Positions 54,285 to 64,000 of a stretch of 64,000 nt of DNA are shown here, piece by piece. The notes under the pieces were generated by a model. The model saw only the letters and a list, made by a program, of their open reading frames with translations, was not told the DNA's origin and ran no database searches. Position 1 is the first letter of the stretch. Each line of letters starts with the position of its first letter. Source of the DNA: Podarcis liolepis (taxonomy: Eukaryota); NCBI GenBank assembly GCA_965112155.1, contig OZ218103.1. One strand, given 5' to 3'. A program made the position numbers and the translations under genes.

Positions 54285-54796
54285 CTAACAAACAGAAAAG
54301 TTCCATACGTGTTAAAGTCAGCATCCCAGACATCTCTTGTCTTTGTTTTGTGAGATCCTGCCAAATCAGTAATTACAGTTCTTAATGAAGTAGAAGACCT
54401 ATGTCTTGGTTGCACCACTTCAGAGGCTGTAGGTGGGAGCTCACATAGTAAAATGCTGCCCCACAGAGGGGGAAACATAGAAAATACTTCTACATATTAA
54501 AATCTAGTGTGTCAAGGAAAAGTCTAGGTTGTAATCCTTCTCCCTGAAACCTTGAATTGTCTTTGGTTTTTTTGTGGTATAGAGGAGCATCATGTAACTT
54601 CTTCCTGAAGTAAGAATCAATTCTAATTTTAATCAGGATCTTCAGGGGCAGCATCCCTTTCCAGTGTTTAGTATTTCTCTTGCACAGGAACTGAATGACA
54701 AAGGATCTCCAGAGGGCTAAGGCTGTAAACCTTTTGCCAATGTTAAGATCAGGTGAAGAGTGCTGACTGCCATCAGTATACAGAAAGAAGAGCTTG

Positions 54797-55040
54797 AAGA
54801 AGAGTTTGGATTTGATATCCCGCTTTATCACTACCTGAAGGAGTCTCAAAGCGGCTAACATTCTCCTTTCCCTTCCTCCCCCACAACAAACACTCTGTGA
54901 GGTGAGTGGGGCTGAGAGACTTCAAAGAAGTGTGACTAGCCCAAGGTCACCCAGCAGCTGCATGTGGAGGAGCGGAGACGTGAACCCGGTTCACCAGATT
55001 ACGAGTCTACCGCTCTTAACCACTACACCACACTGGCTCT
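54797..55040 (-). mobile_element. tRNA-derived CORE-type SINE (Squam3-like), near full length
   Basis: Minus-strand head GAGCCAGTGTGGTGTAGTGGTTAAGAGCGG…GGTTC with Pol III A/B boxes; core GTGACCTTGGGCTAGTCAC; TTC-rich tail. Confidence 0.8.
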
Positions 55041-57333
55041 TTCACTAAGAAGTAATGCCTTCCAGGATGGAACATGGGAGTTGTTTAACATGAGTCAACC
55101 AGACATCTCCAAGCTGAAAACAAATGTTTCTATAGTCGGAGCAGAACTGTTGAGCAAAACATGTGAGCTGCCAAGACAAGGCAACATTTGCCAAAGATGA
55201 GTGTACAACAGCCAGGGCCAGCCTTACTCCGAAGTACCACAAAGCCGACACTTGGTCTGCAATCTCCAGTCCAGAGTACAGGTGTGGGGTAATGTTGACT
55301 TTAGTTATGGTGCAAAAATGTTTGATGGATATTTGATGTGTGTAATGAAGCCCCAAACAGTGGGAAGCAATTTTGTTCAGCTGAGCAGCAAGGTGGGAGG
55401 AAGGAGGAAGAAAAAGGGGGAAAATTCACCCTTTCCTCATCAGCTATTTCCCCCCTCAAAATTGTAAGTAGCCTCCCTAGCATCACCCACCAAATTGTTT
55501 CAGAAGCATTATTACATTCAAAGCATATTCCCCACAAGCATATTCAGCATGTCGGTGGGCTGCTATATTGTTACTATTATGACAAACAAACAAAAGCATA
55601 TTCCCCATAGAGGAAATGCAGTCTTTGGTTTGATTTAAATAGACAGTGGGTGGTCCAAGTACAATACTGGGGGATGGTTGGGGAGTAATCAAGTTTTAGC
55701 ATTCTTATGATGCAAAAAAAAAGACAGACAGACAGACAGGAAAAGAAAGAAAGCTTATTACTAGTGCTGTGAAAAATGTGAAGATGATTCCAGGACCCTA
55801 CAAAAATTATCACTTAGTAATAGGAATCCTTCATTTCAAGCATGGGACAAGCAAAACAACTGAGAATTACTCCAGTTTGAGACACAGACTGCACATATCT
55901 GGTGCAAATCATCTAGCATCAAGGAGTGATGAAATAGTATCAAAAAATGATCTTCTGGAAGAGGCCTTGGAAGACTATGTAGCATATTAAGTTTGTAAAA
56001 ATAGTGGTTGTCTACCACCAATTATGGCACTAACCCATTTGAAAGAGTTTCGCCTTATTGTGTGTGTGGTGGTAACCTTAAGTCTCTGCAGATATTGTCT
56101 TGATCATTGGTAAGAGACAAAATGACCTTCCTTTTTCCCTTCATCCATTCTGCTTCATCAGTGCTTATCTCCTACCTCAACTCTACCATTACAAAATAAG
56201 GCAGCTTAGAAAAGGGCAGATCCCCATCCTTCTCACAGTCACATAGCCTTTCATCTCATGTGAATCCTCATGGAAGAAGTGAGTAATGATGCACTCAGCT
56301 CAGCCTTATGCTTTGGTCTATACTTCAGAGCTGCATAAAACAATGTGAATCAGAGCTAACCCAGCATTATCAAGTCAAAAGTGGCAAGTAGGGACTAGCT
56401 GGTGACATCCACAGAATGTAGGCATGGTTTTTCAAAGTTTCCTGTTGTGTCCTTAGGTTTAATATGGATGCAATGCTCATAGTTGCTACCGTAATCAAAG
56501 TACAATCCTCCATCTTTATCCAGGTCTGTTAGCATGCTATTTCAAGTTACAAATCTTTCATTGGGTAGTAGAACAGAAGCCAATACTTGCTGTAATATAT
56601 GGCGGCAATAAGAAAGGTAACTCAAAAACAAGTTTCCCAAATGCAGGCTCCACATTTGGCTCTGCCATAGAATCTTAACACCGTTTTGGGGCAAGTCATT
56701 GAATCCTTGTTGCCTTTGTGTTTCCATTGATGTAATTATGCTATCCTTGAACACATTCATGGCACATTAAAGACTGCTGTAGATTTTGCATACGTAAGCG
56801 ATGAAAGTCAGCTAAGTACCTAACAGAGACAGACAAGCTTCTGGAAACTGCTTTAGCGATTACACAATACAGAAGCAAATAACAGAACACACACTGCCCC
56901 TTACCCCTAAAAGCGGATGGCTATATTTTCTAGCAAAAGAACAGTCCATTAGCCCAAGCAAAGCAAGCAGCCATCTGAAGCCCCACATTGCATAAAAGTT
57001 CTGTTATTTGTGGGATAATTCTGTTGCCATGCATGTCTTTTTCTCCACTATCTGTGTAGCTCCAGGCCTGCACGCTCTTCCCTGATAGCTGGGGACCATG
57101 CAGATTACAAAGGCTAAAAAGAGATTTAGAAATAGCAGAGATGGGGCAGGTTAGATAGTTAGTAAGCACCAGTGCCCCTTTGAGTGGCCCTTCTGCCCTA
57201 CTCTCTAGGGTGCAAAGTGAGGCATGCAGTTAGTACAACAGCTCAGGCCCCTGTGCCCAGTTATTATATTCAAAAATACAAAATGCAGCTATAGTTAAAA
57301 CTCCTCATAGAGATAGAGAACAAAAATATTTAC

Positions 57334-57381
57334 CATTAGAAAACGTCTGGGGGGTAACGTGCTGCTGGAGGTGCCTCTCCC
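57334..57381 (-). CDS. SCUBE3: SCUBE3 alternative 48-nt cassette exon (GERHLQQHVTPQTFSN) between EGF5 and EGF6
   Basis: cag|…|gtaaat, phase 1-1. Resembles the 16-aa insert I recall from mammalian SCUBE3 isoforms (GERRLEQH…AVSN). Three downstream TGCATG. Confidence 0.8.
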
Positions 57382-59034
57382 CTGTTTAATATTATAAAAA
57401 AGTGGTTTAGAAACAGTATCTAGCAAGGAGCTTGGCTTTAAAAAATGTAAATATTCCCAAAGCACAGATGAGTCACAAAATTTCAGTGATTCCCCTCCCC
57501 TTTCCCCCCACAAATCTGGCTGAAAGAAACTACCCAATCACTTGGCCAATGGATCAATTTCATAATGGTTTCCTTCCTGTTCACCAATCATCATACACCC
57601 CCGCTTGTCTACTACCATATATCAGGCTGTGCTAGAATACTAACTAGTGGGTTTTTCCAGAGCATAGGCTGAGAATAAAAAGGCAGACAAAAGAGAGAGA
57701 GAAAACTGAACTCTATTACTATATTAAACTAGTTTCTCAAGCCAGATGTAGAAGCAGCTTTGAAAGAGCTCTTGTTTATCACAGAGGAGGAGAACTACAT
57801 TTGGGCAGTAAGGCAGCATGCATGTAAAGAAAACCTGACTGTTCAAAACAGCAAAGACAGAACCTCAGCTAATACAGAACAAGCCACCCATCAGCTTCTG
57901 TTTTAAGAGGTAGTCTGGAACCCAAGATCTGCTTATCTGTCATGTTTCATCTGCAAACTTAGGTGTAGGTCTCTGCTGATGCTAGTTAATCAGCTGAGCT
58001 ATTCCAGCAGAAGATAAATGAATGACAACAATTTTATCCTATGATGATCCTTCAACAGTAGGTCCCACTGCATTCAAATAGTTGTATCCAAAGTAGCACT
58101 AAGCAGAGGTGGATTTAGGGGTCCAAATGCCTGAGGGGTACTGCAATTATCCCCCACATGCCCCCTAAATCTGTTATGCCCCCCAAGCAGATTTTAGGAG
58201 GGAACACGGCAGCTGGGGGAGTCCTACTGCAGAAGCAGAAATCCTTGCACTGTCAGGATACATAAGCTGGATGCTGCCAAATTATTCTTACTCCCAAGTA
58301 AGTGTGCAAAGGATTACAACTTATTTCACATCAAGGGATATAAATTCAAAACAGTCCTGCTCTAAGCAACCTCTCATATTTTGGCTATAAATGCCTTTCC
58401 TTACGTCATCTTAACCAGAGTTTGACATGGGACTCTTCAGATAACAGCATCTGAAGAATTGGCTGTGCGTAACTCATGGCTAGAGATGCATAAAAGGTAC
58501 CACACTTTTCTATTTCCTAGGGAAGTTGCTCTACAGTTCTATGATTCTATGATTCTATGATTCTAAGTCTGCTTCCAGTGCTTTACTGAACATGCGTCTT
58601 CTCTAAGGAACATATGTTTTAGATACCTGGGCTGATGCCTGGGAACGATTGTGGACAACTAGGCCATGATCTACAGTGCATAATGAACTATACACATGCA
58701 AAGGCTTCCTCAAGGTTTTCCATGCATTATTTGCCAGTGCTGAATTGTGCAATGCTTTTTTAAGCGTCACCATATCAAAAGTGGTTTGCTGATCTGGGGC
58801 CAAGAGTGGCTTTTAAAAAAAGAAAAAAAAGATGCTATGTAATTCAGCCACACTTTCATGTTGGAATAGCAACCAAATGGCCTCAAAAAGAGTGGCAAAC
58901 CAAAATCCTGTTTCTGAAAGAAACCAATTGAAACTGAAGAGCAGCAGTATGCTCAGTGGAAGAAGCAAAGGTTCAAAGCATATTGAAGTCACCCGAGATG
59001 AACATATGCCATTAAGGATTATTTGGAACAGATA

Positions 59035-59276
59035 CAGTGGTACCTCAGGTTAAGTACTTAATTTGTTCTGGAGGTCCGTTCTTAACCTGAAACTGTTCTT
59101 AACCTGAAGCACCACTTTAGCTAATGGGGCCTCCCGCTGCAGCTGTGCCACCACTGCACAATTTCTGTTCTCATCCTGAAGCAAAGTTCTTAACCCGAGG
59201 TACTATTGCTGGGTTAGTGGAGTCTGTAACCTGAAGTGTATGTAACCTGAAGCATATGTAACCCAAGGTACCACTG
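59035..59276 (+). mobile_element. Tc1/mariner-type MITE (same family)
   Basis: TA|CAGTGGTACCTC…AAGGTACCACTG|TA. Confidence 0.9.
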
Positions 59277-59576
59277 TACTGAGCTGCACAAGGCCTTTTG
59301 GGCTAAAGGAATAGGGAATACTAAGAGATAAGGATCAACTTATCCCAGCCTGGAGCTATGGCCTATTTTGGATTCACTGAACCCTCCTAAGAAATGAACT
59401 TGTGCAAACCTCCAGTTCCTCCTTTAAAGGGACATGAATATGTGAAGTTTGCCGCAGCACTGGGAGGACGACTTTATGAAACCATCTGCTATTCCTGGGA
59501 CATCACAAGGCTGACCCATATTAACGCCTTGCACTTACAAACAACACAAAGAAACAGCTAATTGGACAAACCTAAC

Positions 59577-59702
59577 CCAAAGCGCAACAAGCTGGCAGCA
59601 CAAGAGAGCATGCGACCGGGCAGCATACACCAAGCATGTGGAATAAGTTATCCCAAAGGGAGCAAGAGAGAGTCATAGCGTCTGAATGCTGGCTTGTTAG
59701 AC
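59577..59702 (-). CDS. Candidate SCUBE3 126-nt cassette exon (GLTSQHSDAMTLSCSLWDNLFHMLGVCCPVACSLVLPACCAL)
   Basis: tcattag|…G|gttagg, phase 1-1, open frame, CpGs retained; the acceptor is weak. Confidence 0.3.
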
Positions 59703-62089
59703 CTAATGAGTACCAAATCCCAGAGTCAAGAGTGTGGAGAAAAGACAGATGCACCCTGAAAATGAGAAAGAATAAATGGGCAGGAATAGTTCATTCCCCA
59801 TTGCTCCTGATCAAGTGGAGCCCACACTTTTCAGCATATCTTGCTACAAATAATATCTCCGTATCTTGTGCTTGACAAGCAGAGCTTTTGTGAACAGGCC
59901 TCATCAAGCAGATTGTGAAGGATCAGCCTTCCCCTTCATGCAAAGCATTTGGTTGAATGTGTGCCTACATGGGGGTGGGGGCGGCGGAAGGAGATGTTCT
60001 CTTTTCCTCTACAGCAGAGAGAAGGTGTTGTTTTCTTCATAGCTACTCCCCAAGAATGCAATCGTTTTTCAGTTTTATGGATGTATAGCAAATATTTTTT
60101 TAAAAAAAACTTTTATTTTGCTCCTGCACCTTCCACTTGCATTCTTGCCAGTACTTTCACACCGACATATTTTAAAAAAATATTTGAATACCAAGCTTAC
60201 CAAGCATGTGATTAAACAGTAGTAAAATCAATGCACAAGACTGTGAGATCTACCACTTTCTGAAATCACCATGATCTCCACTAATTTTGGGGGACGGTGT
60301 AAATTTTGTCTACAATCAACATAGCAACACATACACCTATTACATATGTACATATTGGAATATTCTGTGCCCAATAAATTATGCCAATAAAGCAAAACTG
60401 CATATATTTACATTTGTCGTCTCCTGTTGGCCATGATGGGAGGAGACAAGGGATATGTAAAGCAATCGCCCCCCATGACCGAATGTAAGAAGCTGACATA
60501 TTGAATCAGATCATTTGTTGCATCAAGCACAGTAATGTCTACTGCTACATGTAAGTGGCTCTCAAGAGTCTGAGGAAGAGTTTTTCTCCATCACACGCTA
60601 CACGATCTTTAGTTGGAGGTGCCAGGTATTGAACCTGAGACCTTCTGTATGCTTATTCAAACTTCTGCTTACTTTTTGAGATTTTACTAGTCATGCTTAC
60701 CTCTGCAGCCATAAGGGCTAGAAACCTGTCTTAGTTTTTTAAAGAATGAAATATTTTAAATCCTCAGAATGCTGCGCAATATACACTGCTATCAGCACCA
60801 ATGCATTTAAATACACATACAAGTTCATTCTTTTCATTCTGCTGCCATGTGTTAGAGGCTAGTCTTCCACAAAACCATTGTGCAGCTCTTTATTCACTAA
60901 TCATTTTTATAGAAGATAAATAACTGATACTTAAAAGTTATTGCCCTCTCTTCCCCCAGCCTTTGATCCCAGGGACAAGGCAACCTTCATTAGGACTGAC
61001 CCAACTCTATAAGAGGAATGTTATTCATTATCTACATTTTTAAAAGCAGCATTAAAAAAAAATGGGGTAGGGGGGAATGAAAAACACCAGCCATGGCCTA
61101 ATCAAACTGTCATTCAAGCAAGTTCACTGCACTTCCTGCCACGGCGTGATCTGAAGGGGACCTGTATTAGGCGACCTGTTTGGAGCAGCCTTTCAGACAC
61201 ACCGCATTCAATTTCAAAGTGCTCGGTCAAGGGAGTGGGTTTGCATTTGCCTTGCTGGAAACTTTATTCCCTGTGAAATGATGAAATATTTCAGCGGAAA
61301 TGAAGGATGGGTGAAGGGGGGTGGGTGAGGATGGCTGTTTGCTAAGACTCGGCTATAAAACAAAAAAGGGCAGTTATAAATATCCAAGCAGGTATCTTAC
61401 CCTCTCGCCTCGCTATAAATCTGTCCCCTGGGCTTCCCCCACTGGGAGGGGAGATTAGATGCCTCGTAATAACCCTTGCCTGCACAATCCGACAGTGTTT
61501 TACAAGCAGAGCAGCTATGAGCCGAGAGTACCCTGCAGTACACATGAATGGGATGCTTCAGACTTCACTCCTTTCCTTCCCATCCACGCAGCTAGAAGCA
61601 GGGACAAATGGAGGAAAAGCTCAGGCTATGTGCTCTGCAAGGCCAGGTTTTCATTTTCGGTGCAGGGGTGTCCTGTGTGTCATGCTCCCTGCCTTTTCAA
61701 TGTATTCTTTGATGTGCTCCCCATTTTGGAGTCCAGAATAAATTGCTAAACAAAACAGAACTTTTGTACAACTGTCAGTCTTTTTTCTGTCTGAAGACCT
61801 GAATACTAGGGATACATTTTTAAAAGCCACCGATTCTTGAACGAGATCCCGAGAAACAGCCAAGTCTGGGCTGAGCCAGCATTTCTTAGCTATCCTTACT
61901 CTTGGAAGTTTTCACAGAGTAGCTGTCCCTGCCTTATGTTGTGGCTGACAACAGTAGTAGAAAACAGCCCCTAGTAGCCTTGCATGTGTACATAGAGAAA
62001 TCTGCCTCCTGTTTTGAAGGAGACATGAATCTGTAGTGCAAAAGGCATGTGGGTTGCATGATGAAAGGATTTACATTATGCTTCTAGAC

Positions 62090-62339
62090 CATGGGGAGGC
62101 AAACTAAGGCCCGGGGGCTGGATCCAGCCCAATTGCCTTCGAAATCCGGCCCACGGACGGTCCAGGAATCAGCGTGTTTTTACATGAGTAGAATGTGTCC
62201 TTTTACTTAAAATGCATCTCTGGGTTATTTGTGGGGCATAGAAATTTGTTCATTCCCCCCCCCCCAAATATAGTCCGGCCCCCCACAAGGTCTGAGGGAG
62301 AGTAGACTAGCCCCTTGCTGAAAAAGTTTGCTGATCCCT
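62090..62339 (-). mobile_element. hAT non-autonomous element (same family as 16526-16773, opposite orientation)
   Basis: Reverse-complement match over about 250 bp; left TSD TTCTAGAC, right end slightly deleted. Confidence 0.85.
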
Positions 62340-64000
62340 AGACTGTACAAAGCAAGGCTGGGGAAGCTTTGGCCAAGATGTAGCAGTAGCAGCCAGTGAG
62401 GTGGGGCAGATCTGTAGAGCTGCTCTTCAATACCTGGCAGCTTAGCACGACAAGGCTGGGGCTGGGCAGGGGCAAATTCAGGGCTTTGTGGATATGCTGG
62501 CAGAGCCAATCCAGTGCTCCCACCAATGTACCCACCCTGCCCCAGCGCCATCCATGTAAGCTGCAGTTATGCTAACACTGGAAGGGTACCTTTGCCGCAC
62601 TACCACACATAAACTGCTACTGGTTGGACTACAACTCCCATCATCCTTCACACACACACCAATATGGGGGCTGGGAGTTGGATCCCACAGTTTTCTCATC
62701 CCTGGTATAAAGTATATATTTAGTTGTTAATATCTTTCAATTGTTTCAGCAAGCAGTTAGTGTGCACGCTGACTTTCAAAATGGAAAAGTTGATTTAAAC
62801 TTTCTTTTTTACTTGGTGATTTTTAAAAGGGGAAGGGGTAGATCTTTAAAAACTCATTGCTTTAAATTGCTGCAGTTTAAGTCTATCCACCCTCCTCAAT
62901 GCATTAGCTGAGTGAAAAACATCTGAGTTTTCTCATCAACAAAATATTGCTATTTGGGTTCTGGGAAAATAAAAGTGTTGTTCAATAGAAGTGCTACTTT
63001 CAGGGAAAAGTCTCAGTCGCCAACTATAAATGAAAAACAACTATAGATCAAGTGTTACACTGTAAGCTGATTGTTAGGAAAGGTTATAACTGGCTTTTGA
63101 GCACAACATCTCCTGAAATCATAGCAAATGGATGGATCAGTCAGTTAGCTTAGATGTGAATTAATACCATTACATTACTAAAGAAAGCCCAGAGGGTTGT
63201 ATATATAAAGTAACAAGAACCTTCACTGTAAGATATCTATGTTGAGTTTTCTCTTTCATGCTTATGTAATGCACAGAATGAAGTTTGTACACAGTATTGC
63301 ATGGCAAGAAGGAGGATGTGGCATAAAGACAAGCCATACAAGATGAGATGAGAGAACTACTTTTTAGAATTCCACTTTGGTAAATAAAAAACTAATCATT
63401 ATTCCATATGAGCAAAATTAAAGATGAGGCTTGGCCCATGCTTGGGATCGAGCTTTTAAGCTGCACTCTTAAGCACATTACTTGGAAGTTCAATTGAAAT
63501 GAGTGAGACTTATTTCCAAGTTTATTTGCTAAGAATCCAGGCGCCAGTGTTTCTGGACCACAATTCTCCATACATAACATAAAAATAACAGCACTAAATG
63601 GATGTCTTGGGAATACAAACTAGTTGTAAGACACTCGCCTACTGCCACAACTGAGGTCAGATATGTACTCTAAACTTACAATAATGAAGGTGGAGGGAGA
63701 GCAGGATTTGGGCTGACTTTGGTTGGTATGGGAGCATCATCACACCGGATGTTAAATCAAAGTATTCAGTGCAAGGGTCAAGATTTGCTTGATTCCAGCA
63801 AACGTGAAAACTGTATGGAGAGCACGGAGAACCTCAGCAGATGCACTCAAAGGCAATATCTAAGCTGGTTTTTATTCCATAAAAAAAAACTACAATAAGA
63901 ATAGAAATTATTTACAGCAATTTGTGGCTTGATTACTTCCTACATGGGGCGTCTTAAAATTAATCTGCTGTCAAGCTGCACATGCATCTGAAACCAGTAA

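Noticed and set aside
60701-60717. 17-nt microexon candidate with strong GAG|GTAAGC donor
   Set aside because: Not frame-preserving, weak acceptor context, no other support.

Overview
This is vertebrate genomic DNA. The repeat content (Sauria SINEs, hAT and Tc1/mariner-type MITEs, CR1/L2 tails) points to a squamate reptile, probably a lacertid lizard; that assignment is an inference. Two genes lie in tandem on the minus strand. (1) SCUBE3, 3' part: 16 constitutive coding exons from EGF6 through the spacer, three Cys-rich repeats and CUB domain to the stop at 21396. Its 5' exons lie beyond the right edge of the window. (2) ZNF76 (ZNF143/Staf paralog), complete: 13 coding exons at 13762..2179, 1671 nt, 556 aa, 7 C2H2 fingers, driven by a CpG-island promoter near 15.3-15.9 kb. 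All exon boundaries were read by hand as GT-AG with consistent phases. Most notable: a cluster of three frame-preserving phase-1 cassette-exon candidates (126, 48 and 51 nt) in the large SCUBE3 intron upstream of EGF6. Two of them encode Cys-rich hydrophobic peptides and two are followed by UGCAUG (Rbfox) elements. Also notable: palindromic hAT MITEs carrying ZNF143/ZNF76-type binding motifs (ACTACAATTCCCATCATCC) inside and upstream of ZNF76 itself. There are no prokaryotic systems, CRISPR arrays or intact transposases.
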